Below, one piece after another: positions 8,294-19,500 of a stretch of 27,496 bases of DNA. The first letter of the stretch is position 1. The number at the start of each line of letters is the position of its first letter. Below the pieces are notes generated by a model, which saw only the letters and a list, made by a program, of their open reading frames with translations, ran no database searches and was not told the DNA's origin. Position numbers and translations under genes: made by a program. The DNA is from a virus (lineage: Duplodnaviria > Caudoviricetes), in IMG/VR virus record IMGVR_UViG_3300017785_003547, positions 1 through 27,496 of that record; one strand, written 5' to 3'.

Positions 8294-9097
8294 ATGAACC
8301 TAGAATCTAAAATCGATGAGGCGCAGAACTTGGTGTATAAGGTATTAGCGCATGCTAAGACCCCCTCCATCATGAGTTCCTTCGGTAAAGATTCCATGGT
8401 CATGCTCCATCTTATCCGCAGTCTTAAGCGTGATCTTCCGGTAGTTTTTTACCGAGAGCCTTTCATGCCCAAGAAATACCGATTTGCTAATGCGGTAATC
8501 GATGAGTGGGATTTGACGGTATACGACTACTCCCCCCTAGAGACGTACATGACGGAGAAGGACGGGTGTGTGGAGATTGTTAACGCCTATACCACAGGGA
8601 AAAGATCGGTCTTCCTGCCAACGGGGATTTGTAAACCAGAAGAAGGGGAAGTTTCGCTATGCGCCCTGCACGACATCTACCTCAAGGCAACTGGTACTTA
8701 CACCTTCCCTTGGGATGTTATTTTTGTGGGGCACAAGAGCACCGACGTAGACCCCATTCAAGGGGCTGTACCGCTCAGTGCTGACTATGCCAACTACGTT
8801 GACTGTGCCAGCATAGCCTATCCGCTGAGACACTTCACCGATCAGGATATCTGGGACTACACCGAAGAATTTAACCTACCTATCCACTACTCCCGCTACG
8901 AGAAGATCGAGGGGAATTGGACAGAGCGCAAAGACAAGCGTCTTAACCCAGACTATTTCCCAGCCTGTACGGCTTGCATGGTTCCCGAATCGGGTTCCGT
9001 GCCATGCCCTCGTTTAGGGGGATCGATTGTAAGCAACATCTCGGATAAACTTCGTTGGTTGCCCAAGCAAAATTTCTCGCACATGACCTCTAATTAA
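8294..9097 (+). CDS. PP-loop (PAPS reductase / adenine nucleotide alpha-hydrolase-fold) protein
   Basis: SFGKDS PP-loop at 8378-8395, VIFVGHK strand, PLRHFTDQDIWDY (PIxxWTxxDxWxY-like) and CTAC at 8966-8977. Confidence 0.8.
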   Translation: MNLESKIDEAQNLVYKVLAHAKTPSIMSSFGKDSMVMLHLIRSLKRDLPVVFYREPFMPKKYRFANAVIDEWDLTVYDYSPLETYMTEKDGCVEIVNAYTTGKRSVFLPTGICKPEEGEVSLCALHDIYLKATGTYTFPWDVIFVGHKSTDVDPIQGAVPLSADYANYVDCASIAYPLRHFTDQDIWDYTEEFNLPIHYSRYEKIEGNWTERKDKRLNPDYFPACTACMVPESGSVPCPRLGGSIVSNISDKLRWLPKQNFSHMTSN

Positions 9098-9116
9098 TCT
9101 CTACTAAAAATCTACC

Positions 9117-10505
9117 ATGGCCTATAACCCCGGAATCACTAACAGAAGCGGAGAAATCCTCGCCCAAGGTATCGCGTCCGCTGCCCAGACCCGTATGCAG
9201 GGTTACCAGAACGCCACCAACAGTTTGCTGAAAGGGTTCTCTGATCTGACAAAGAAACAACAGGAGGAAGAACTCCAAATTCGTGACGCTAACGCACGCC
9301 TAGACTCCGATCCAGAACTAGAAAGGAAAATAAGAACTTCAGGTAACGCCAAACTAATAGCCCAGTTAGATAAATTTAAGACCCCAGTAACTGGGGCAAT
9401 GAATAAGTTTTTTGGTAGCGGAAAAGGTTCCGATGCTAAAGACATTATCGAGTACTCCAAGGGTGTTGACACCGCTCAAGCCAAAGCAGATGCAAGAACC
9501 CTGATGGGGTATCGAACGGCAGACGAGACTAGGAAACAAACTGCGGCAGACCGCGATGCTTCTGAATATAGAAATCTCCAAGACTTCAGAACTAATGCAG
9601 CGAATCAGTATGCTTCGGGAGCCGAAAACTTGTCTAAGTATAATACCTTTACGACAGACCAAGAAAATAAACAGAAGAACGAACAGGTGGCTTTGGGAAA
9701 TCGGTTTATAAGCGGAGCCAGAAACGACTTAAGCAACACCCCTATTTCTATGGTGTCTGGTATTGGCGGTAAAGCGTATGCACCCCCACCAGTAAAACAG
9801 TTTGATACCATTCCTGCCTATTCGCAACTCGGCAACATGGGTATGCCTCCTCCTCCTGCTCCCCCCCAGATGAGTATGCCTCCTTCGCAAATAGCTATGC
9901 CCCGATCTGTTCCCCAATTAAATCAACCGCAATCCCCCTTAGGATATCAAACACCCGAAGAAATAAACCAAATGGTTTATGATTATACTCCGGGCAGCAA
10001 CTCAGCTCAACAACGGATCAGAGCTTATGGGAATATGTTAACCCCACAACTGATGCAGGGTGAAAATACTATTCAAGCAAGTATGGACAAAGCATCCAGA
10101 GCGCAGGCTATGGCTGAAGCTAGATTAAAAAATGCCGAGATACGGCGTATGGAAGCGGCTGTTCGGAACCAACAGACTGCTGCCAACGCTGCCGAACAAT
10201 TGAATCTTTCAAGGCGTGCAGACGAGCGTGCTGGAAGAACGGAAGAACGTGCGATTACTGCTGCGGGTAATGAGCCTATTGGGACAGTAATAAAAGTTGC
10301 AGAAGGTAACAAAGTAAAAGAAAGACAAGCGGCTATGGATGCCGAAGTAAAAGCTAGTCCCGAGGCTTTGGAAGTACTTAGACAACTAAACGCAAGAAAT
10401 TTTGTGGTAAGTAAAAAAGATAGGCCTAGTTTCGAAAAATATGTAAATAATTTAAATCTATCCAAAGAGGCAAAGACTGCAATTATTGGTCGGCTAAGAG
10501 AATAA
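9117..10505 (+). CDS. Putative ejection / internal virion protein
   Basis: 462 aa, charged and helical with a Pro/Met/Gln-rich linker and no Cys. Lies between the pilot-like gene and the giant gene. Confidence 0.5.
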   Translation: MAYNPGITNRSGEILAQGIASAAQTRMQGYQNATNSLLKGFSDLTKKQQEEELQIRDANARLDSDPELERKIRTSGNAKLIAQLDKFKTPVTGAMNKFFGSGKGSDAKDIIEYSKGVDTAQAKADARTLMGYRTADETRKQTAADRDASEYRNLQDFRTNAANQYASGAENLSKYNTFTTDQENKQKNEQVALGNRFISGARNDLSNTPISMVSGIGGKAYAPPPVKQFDTIPAYSQLGNMGMPPPPAPPQMSMPPSQIAMPRSVPQLNQPQSPLGYQTPEEINQMVYDYTPGSNSAQQRIRAYGNMLTPQLMQGENTIQASMDKASRAQAMAEARLKNAEIRRMEAAVRNQQTAANAAEQLNLSRRADERAGRTEERAITAAGNEPIGTVIKVAEGNKVKERQAAMDAEVKASPEALEVLRQLNARNFVVSKKDRPSFEKYVNNLNLSKEAKTAIIGRLRE

Positions 10506-10516
10506 GTTATTCCCCC

Positions 10517-13500
10517 ATGGCTTTCGCTGGTCTATCTTACAACTTTGGTAAAAAACCTGAAGAGGAGAAGGAGAGTCCATACTCATTTTTGAACGAGCCT
10601 AAACCCCCGTCCGAAAAAAACCAGAGTCCCTATTCTTTCCTAAATGAACCCCAACCGCCTCCCCCCGAGGAGGGTTTGAGTCCTTACACATTTCTTAATA
10701 AGCCTCCCGTAGTTCAGAACGTATCTGCTACCGAAGCTCGTAAGATTGGTAGCTCCATGATGGGCGGGATGGGAGGTCTTGCTCTGAATCCCTCGGCTCC
10801 AGAAACTCCTGCTACTCCGGAAGAGCTTGCAGCTATCGCTCAGAGTGAAGCTGACCGAAAGGAACGGGGAGACTTGAAATATGGGGTAAGGAATCTGTCT
10901 GGTTTATTTGCTCAGGGGGCTTTAGGTACGGGGATAGGAAGTACGGTCCAAGGTACTCTCTTACTCGCTGATAACTTCTTACAGGAAACAAGGAGAGCTA
11001 GTGCTGCTCCAGAACTCCAAACTTTAAATTGGAAACTGGCTAGCCTAGAGGGAAAACGTAGCGGAATCTACAACCGAGATAAGTTCTCGCCCGAGTTGGC
11101 CGCTGTGGACGCTGAGATCGCCGCGCACAAGATCGATACGGAAAACTATCTACTCAGCCGTAAAGCTGAACTAGATAAAGTTAACGAGACCTCCTACCTA
11201 AAACCCGCTATAGCTAAGGTGGGAGAATTTCGGCAAGCGGTTACAGACGTTTATCCCGTGGACCCAGATGTCGCGGCAAGTATTCCCGGACAAACGGTAG
11301 GGGCTATAGGCCAAGTTATTTCCCAAATCCCGTTAGCTGTGACTGGGGTTGGTTTTCCTGCGGTAGTATCCCAGATATTTGACCAAACGTACCAAGAAGC
11401 CCTAAAGGCGTACTTAGATGCCGGAAAACCAGAAGTGGACGCAAGAGAGCTAGCTCTGGCTGCGGGTTTTGCAAGTACCCCAGCGGCGGCATTGGAGCAG
11501 CTCGGTAACATAACTAAGCTAAGACCTCTTCTGGCCGCTTTCCGTAAAACCCCCACGCAGCGAGGAGCCAGAGCAATATTAGAGGCCATGGTTGTCGAAG
11601 GGGTTACCGAGCCCGCTCAACAGGTAGTGCAGAACGTGGTAGCTAAACGGTACGATCCTAATAGGGATATCTTAGAAGGAACGGGCACTGCCGCTATAGT
11701 GGGCACCCTAACTGGTGGCGTGACTTCCGCAGCGGGTATCGGAGCTGGCCGTGTGCTAGGTTCCGAGGATCCTAAGAATCTAGCCCAGCAAGATCCTCGT
11801 ACTTTATTCCCTGATCAAACGCGAAAGGTGGTAGATATGTACCGAAAGGACTACGCAGCTCTTACTCCCAGTCAGAGGGTAGCCCTAGACAATTACGATC
11901 TTAACCTTCATACCGAGCTGCGAGACGCGATTGCGAACGGTACCCCCGTGGATATTGCAGATCTTTCCGATTATAATAAGGATGCGACAACCCCGATAGT
12001 GCTTCCCAAAGACTGGGTGCAGGACGGAGATAACTACGTGCCTAAGGGATACGTTGCCCCCGCTGTCGTAAAGACTCCTGCCGTAGTTACCCCTGCCGTG
12101 GTTACTCCTGCTGCGGTAGAGGCTCCACTGGCCCCGAAGACAAATGCGGAACTAGACTTAGACGTAGAATACTTTGACTCCCAACTTGCCAGTCGGGAGA
12201 TGACCAAGGCCGAGCACAAGAAAGAGATGGCCAAGATCAAGAAGCAGCGTTCGTTGGCTCCGGTAGTAGAGGAGGCTCCAGTGGTAGAAGAAACTCCTGT
12301 TGCTCCGGTGGTAGAGGAAGCCCCTGCAATGGTAGAAACTCCCGTTGCTCCTGCTCCTGCGGCAATAGATACGTCAGTTGCTCCTGCCCCTGTGGTGGCA
12401 GAAACCCCCATGATTCCTGCCCCTGCGGCAGTTGCCCCTGCTCCTGCGGTAGTTGCCCCTACAGCAATAGCAACTCCAGCCCCCCTTGCTCCGGTGGCTC
12501 CCGTAACCCGTACAGCCCGTGCAACGACAGTAGACCCTGAAACATACGAATACGACTTACTTCTTGATATTGAGAAAACAAGAAGAGATACGCGAGACGA
12601 CCAAGATAAAAGCCCTCGGGATAAAAAACTGCGTTTCAATAGGCTTCGTAAGTATGCTGCTGAGTGGCTTGATAGCCGTGACGAGGAGCGTTATACGAAG
12701 GATGAAACAGGGCTTGAGCGTGCAGTCGAAACGTCGCTTAATGAAAGAGCAGAAGGCTATGTATATAAAGGGGCCAAGAGAGTTGGGATTGAACCGGAAC
12801 AATTTTATAGTGACTATTTAACGTGGAAAAGTGACCAAACATTTGGTGTCCCCGCCCCTGCGGCTCCAACTCCGATTTCTCCAGCGACTGTTGGTAAGAA
12901 ACCTCGTCGAGTAACTAAGACGGCGGAGGATTTTATTCTTCCAAAGTATTTAAGATCTGCCAAGACCTACTACAAGCAGTCGCCCCTAGACTTTACCAGC
13001 GATCTCGACTTGGCACTTTATATTGTGTCGAGCAAAACCCCCAGCAAACAACGGCCCGCCTATCTGGAATGGGTGATGAAGTCTACGGGGTTAACGGAAG
13101 CTCAAGCCCTATCCGAGGGAACCAAGATCCGTACCGAGATAGCCGAACGGCACAACGATTCTCCTAGTGCGCCTATCCTGCTTCCCGTTATTAGCACCCG
13201 CAAGAATCGGGTCCGTCAATCGCTGACCGAAGATCCTACCCATCTTACCCTATCCGAAGATCTACCCATGGACCAGTGGTGGGCGCGGTTCAATGTCCAG
13301 CACGCTCGCAACATGGGGTTTAAACCAAGCCCAGAAGATCTTAAGATTGTTATCGATAATGCTCCGGTAGTTGATTCACGGAAACAAGAGCTTTCGGAAA
13401 TTCAACGGGCTGTTCAAACCCGAGCAGAAGCAGAGTTAGAAGTTTGGAAAAAGAATAATCCGCAGGCTCCCAAGATAATCGTAGTGTCCCGTCCCGAATG

Positions 13501-16500
13501 GACCCAGAACGGGCGAGGGGTTCGCGGACAGTATTCCACTGAGGGTGGAATTGTTATCAATGCTCCGTATGCACTAACCCGAGGTAGCACGATTAGTCAG
13601 GTGGCTAGCCATGAATGGGCTCACGCCCTTCTAAGCTCCTTACAAGGGCGAGAAGCCCTGCAAAAATTTGCGGCTCGGAGTATTCCGGAAAATCAAATGG
13701 CTACTCTCCAAGAGAAGTATCCACGGCAATCAGCGGAATCCGAAATAGACTATGATTTAAGAATAGTAGAAGAGTGGGTCGCTAAGAATGCCGAAACTCA
13801 ACCCGATATCTGGCAGACTATCGTCGAGGCGGTGCGTGAGTTCTTAGCCAAGGCTGGGCTAGTTAATCTCAGCAACGAGGAAACTGCTCGGGCCATGCTG
13901 AGAGTCTTGCGGAGTAGCAATAGTACTTTATCGGGGCGGGAGAGTGCGGTTACCCGCCAGAGTTTAGCGGATCGAGTGGCCCTGCTGGACTCTCCTAGCT
14001 TTAAACGGTGGTTTGGTAACAGTAAAATGGTAGAGGAAGACGAGTATAGAATACCTAAAGTATTCTACCACGGCACATCCGCAGGTACTGATTTCTCAAC
14101 CTTTGACGCTGATTTCTCAGCGTACAGCGACGTTATTTTTGTATCCCCGTCTCCTGAAGTAGCAAATTTATTTGCTTCTAAACAGGAGTACGGCGGATAT
14201 GTTTCGGGGTCTCGCGTTTTTCCACTCTACGTAAGAGCAGAGAATCCTTTTGAATTCTGGAACAAAGATGACTTGGACAAAATTCCATCTCTTAAAATAG
14301 ACGGCCCCAACAGGATGCACGTAAGCAAAGGTTTTTGGTCTTCTCTTGCTGGAATTCAAAAGGAAATAAAAGCTGCGGGCTTTGACTCCTACTACGAGAT
14401 GGAGATGGGTCAGATGAACCTAGGAGTATTTAATCCTAATCAGCTCAAGTCCGCCACAGGCAATAACGGCGAATATAGCCTCAAGAATAATAACATATCG
14501 TACAGCCTGACGGATGAAGCCGTTGAGGATAGAACCCGAATTAGTATTCCCAAACTTACGGGTCCAGTTAGGAACCGAGTGAAGACCACGGGTCAATACG
14601 TAGGGATGCCTCCGGGAATAAACACTCCGGAAAAGTTAGAGCGTCTGCGGACCAAACTAATCCGTATGGCGCAGGACGGAAGGGAAGGACGGTACTGGTA
14701 CGAGAAGTCGAGCAAGATGATCTTGCGACTTACTCAAGGTAACCGAAAGGATGCCGAAGTTCTTGCCGCTTTTATCGCCGCTTATTCCCCACAGAATAAC
14801 GTGTACCCCAATTTGGGCCAAGCAATCCGCGCCTACTACGAATGGAAGGCGGGCAAGAAAATAACGGTGGGCAAGATGGGTACGGACATTGCTCGCGGTC
14901 AGTCCGTTGCCGATGGGGAACGCTGGGAAGGAATCAAAACAAATAATTTCTACATCAACCTAATGGTTGAGATAGATCCAAAGATCGTGCAGGGAGCTAC
15001 TGTAGATATGTGGATAATGCGCGTCTGGGGATATAAGCAGGACGTTCCGGGAAAAGTACGCTACGCAAAAGTAGAGCGGGAAATATCTCTGATCGCTGAT
15101 CGGCTTACCAAACTTGAAGCGGATAAGTATGCCAAGGATTTAGCCGCCTATAACAGCAACCCTACAGGGGAAGTGCCTGTAGCTCCAACCCCATGGGAAC
15201 CCCAGCAAGTTCAAGCGGCCATCTGGGTAGCGGGTAAAGCTCGGTACGAGGAAGCTGCCGCGCTGGCCAAAAAGGAAGCAAAGAAGTTAGGGGAGTATGT
15301 TCAACAAGCCCCCAATGCTGAAGGGAAACGCCAGTGGGCATGGGTAAATGCTAGGAAGCCCAACGTACCCGATGCCGAGGTAGCTACCAAGTGGGGTGAC
15401 AAGATATTTAAAGCGGTATACCAGACTACCCCAGTAGACATATCTGATTCTAAAAACGATTTTGCGGATTACGTACTGCGGGATATTGGCCAAGTTTCTT
15501 TAGAGGTAAGGCCCGGAAGTTCCACGGGGGATATGCCTAATATGGGCAACGCCACGCCCGCGCAGCAGCTAGAATATCTATCGGCCATGAGGAATGCGCT
15601 ATTAGATGAGGGCGGGAATAACGTAGTGGATCGCGAGCTAGGTATCCTTGTTCTTGGGGATGAGCTTCTTCCGGGAATTTGGAAAGACGAAACCAACCTC
15701 TCCATGCAAACTTCCGTAGCCGCCCCTCGGGGGAGCGGGGTGGAACAAGCGGCTCTCGGAAGCGGGAATAAAGTATCCATAACTACCGCCGAACAGCTCG
15801 ACTCTAAAGTAGCTATAGAAGCTATCCTCTTCAAACAGGATGGTGCAGGATGGCATCGTCCGTTCTTCGTTGATGGGGATAGAGCCCTAGTACGCGATGC
15901 CAATGGCCTCTCGCTGCGAATTGGACGGGGCATGACCGCAAACGAACTAGCGGAATTACGTCGGTACGCTGAAGAGGCGGGACTAAAGGAGATCCTAGAC
16001 TCCGGTAGTATTGCCATAATCTCAGAACCCATGGGTGTTCGCTTTATAAATTTCTCAGGAACCCCGAATACTGAATTTCAGAGAATGATGAAATCGGCGG
16101 CATCTTCCATGTCCCGAGCATATGATGGATTGGAAATTAACCTTGGTAGGTTTGCCTCAGACGGTAACCTTATCGAAAACAACTGGAGAGATAATCCTAA
16201 TGGCGAAACTTATAGACAACGGCTGGTTGAAACAGGACGATCCGATATTCTTAGAAGGATACAAGACCTTTACGGTCCGAAAATCCGGAGAATCAATTTC
16301 GTCTTTGCCCAAAAATATGGGTGGGATGATCCCACCAAGTATGCCGATCAGCTTGAACCCGCAGGTACCCCCGAAGAGGAGATAGCGCAAGCGGATGCTA
16401 GCGATGCCGCCTTTGCGGCTGAAGAGATGGGTCTTCCAGAACCCCCAGTGGTAAAAGGCAGTACGCCCGGAGTCCTAGATAACCAACTAGGCCCGCGCTA

Positions 16501-19500
16501 CAGTCTGATGGACGAACCTATCTCCCCGAGGTTCTCGGAACTCCAGATGGCTTGGAACAAGGGGGAGATGAGCCGCGAACAGTACGACGAAGCGATGGCC
16601 GAGATGGCTAGGAACCCTGAAGGGATTGAGTATCCAGCGTCCGGTCCAGCCGTAGACCTAGCCATGACTATGGAGCGCACCGCTGATGGGACCGACATTG
16701 TCGATCTCCCTACGGTATATAAATCCATAGTCGGGGTGCTCCAAGCTTTAGGCGATAGCGCAGTTCTCCGTACTGGCAGGTATGCAGGGCCAGCGGCTGG
16801 GCTTTATAAAGAATTTGAAAATGTAATCCGGTTACGCAAAGGGATGGACCGTGATGGTCTTCCTGTGGTGGTACACGAACTGGGCCACTCCATGGCCAAG
16901 TCTATTTTTGGTACGGCCAAGAGTTCTGCGCTCAGAAAGGCTCTACGCTACGACCCGAAAAATCTTCCCGTGGTTACGCAGCTAGAAGGTCTGGGGAAGA
17001 AACTCTACGGGAAAACCAGACCAGCCATAGGCTATACCGGAGAGGGTTTTGCTGAGTTCGTTCGTCTCTGGATGACGGATGATCCCGCGCTCAAAGGGTA
17101 CGGCCAGACTCGGGCGTGGTTTGAGAAAACTTTCATAGCTGATAATCCGAACTTAGGGGCCACGATCAATTCCGCTAAACAACAACTTACCCTTTGGAGA
17201 CTTCAGGGGGCGCGAGATCGTAGTCGGGCCATGTCTAGCGAACCCTTGGCCTTGGATAAACTGCTCTATAAACTACGGAAAGAATCCGCCTACGCTACTC
17301 GGGTGGAGGAGTTTGCTCCCCTAGAATTGATGAGTAATGAGTACCGTAGACGGACAGGCACTGCCTTGCGGGCCGATCAAGACCCGTTTATCATAGCTTC
17401 GGCTCTGAGAAGTACCGCAGGCGGCGTTCTCCGTAGCTGGGTCACCACTGGTATAACAGATATCTATGGTAGACAAGTCGGGCCATCCCTCAAGGAATCC
17501 TACGCGCTAATAAAACCTGCACAAGAAGAGGACTTCCATAGATACCTGTGGTCTCTCCAGTCTCAGATCCGTTTAAAACAGGGTAAAGATCCCGGAAAGA
17601 GCCTAGCGGATGCGGACTTTGAAATAGCCGAGCTGTCCACAAAATATCCCCACTTTGTAAAGGCCGCTCTGGGTATATCTAAATGGTGGGATAAGGCTCT
17701 GGACTACCAGCTAATGGCTTTTCCTGAGATGAACTATCAGCTTACGGCTGCTATCCGCAAAGCCAACCCCGTATACTACGGGCCTCTGATGCGGCAGTTT
17801 ACCGAGGAAGAAAAAAGAAATAACCTGATAAAGGGTAGTACTTACGCTATCAGGGAAGCAAAAGGCTCTTCCCGTAAGATTGAAAATTTATACTTGGGCT
17901 CGCTGCGTATGGCCGAGAGCATCATTGCCAAGGGTCAGAAGGACATGGTGCTGAAAGCGGTAACCGATCTGGCTAAGACCGAGGGCATGGGTTATCTAGT
18001 AGAGAAAGTATCGGTGGGTAAAGTGATGAAGTCGGTGAATATTGAGAGCATCCGAAAACAACTAGAAACCTACGGGGTAGATACCTCGATGCTCTCGGAC
18101 GATGCCATGCTCCAGTACGCTACGAATGCGGATGCCCGAGACGCCAAGGATCCTATCATCGCGATACGGAGAGCTACCCCCACCGCCACGGATCCTAATG
18201 CGTCCACCTTGGAGTGGTATCAGGTATCCCGAGAGATAGCGGATGTTCTGCAAGGGGTGCAGGAGGTCGGGCGTCTCGGTGCCGCTTTTGAAATATTTAT
18301 TGGAGCACCTAATCGGTTGGCAAAAATGGGGTATGTATCTCTCTCCGCTCCTTTCCAGTTAATAACTAATCCGATCCGAGATGCCTTTACGGTGTTCATG
18401 ACCGGACAAGGCAACGCGCTAGAGGTGGGTATGGGTTTAATGAAAGCGTATGGCCAACTAGCTCAGGGGGCTTTGGTCTACGTAACCCCTAAGGAAGTTA
18501 GAGATAAATATATGGGGGGGTTGGCCGAATCACAAGCCACCCAGATAGCCCAGCGGCTGGGGGTAACTAACTCCACTTTCATAGGGGGAGATATCCAAGA
18601 AGCCAAGAGGCTCAAGACGTTCCTATTTCGCGGTAAAGTTTTTACCACCCTCGCAAATCCGGTAGAATCTCTTAGGTCTGCTCTGAGTTTCACCGAAACA
18701 GCCCCTCGTTTATCGCAGTTAGAATTAGCCATAACCAAACTGGGTTGGAAAGCGGGAGACGATCTTACTCCGGAACAGGCTATCGCGGGTATGCTTGCCT
18801 ATAAGCGGGCTACGGTAGACTTCACGGCTAAGGGAAATGAATCTCCCGCGCTTCGCAGAGGTTTACTCGGGCCATTCTATAGCGCGTCACTCCAAGGTTC
18901 TCGGACTTTTGTCCGCACTTTCAGAACTAATCCGAAGAAAACGGCTACCGCTTTTCTTACGGGCCTTACTCTGATGACCGTGCCCGCACTGTTTAGTTAT
19001 TTCAAATATAAGGACGAGGAGTGGTGGAAGGAGTTGCCTTGGAGAGAGAAGTTCCTGTACCTGCATATCGTAGTTGGGGATGAGGTTGTACAGATACCAT
19101 TGCCTCAAGATTTCGGAACAGCCTTTATCGCTCTGCCTATCGCAATAATGGACGCAATGAATAAGGATAATCCTGAAGCAGTTAACGCTTTGTTTGGACA
19201 GATCTTTGCAGTCGGTAATCCGGTGGGTCTTCCCGTGGGTTTAAAATCCGCTGTGGAATTAACTTCAAACCGTAACTTATTTTTTGACCGCCCCATCGTG
19301 CCCGGAAATTTACAAGGAGATCAGGCAGGTTCTCAGTTCAATAAGGACACGGGATCGATTGCTAAGAAACTCGGGGAATTATTTCCGGAATACATAAGCC
19401 CCCTCAAGATGGAGTACCTAGTCAAATCCGTAGCTGGTTCAGTCGGACTCAACACCCTGAGAGGACCAGAACTACTAGCCGAATTGCTGGGACTTAATAA

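Noticed and set aside
8294-9097. cysH auxiliary metabolic gene for sulfate assimilation
   Set aside because: It lacks the C-terminal ECGLH-type motif and has no sulfur-pathway neighbours, so the gene symbol is withheld.
12034-12639. 201-aa antisense ORF rich in G/A/T
   Set aside because: It is the shadow of the low-complexity Pro/Ala/Val linker of the giant + strand gene.
15469-16032. 187-aa antisense ORF and other short opposite-strand or alternate-frame ORFs in the track
   Set aside because: They lie wholly within well-supported genes and have no recognisable motifs.
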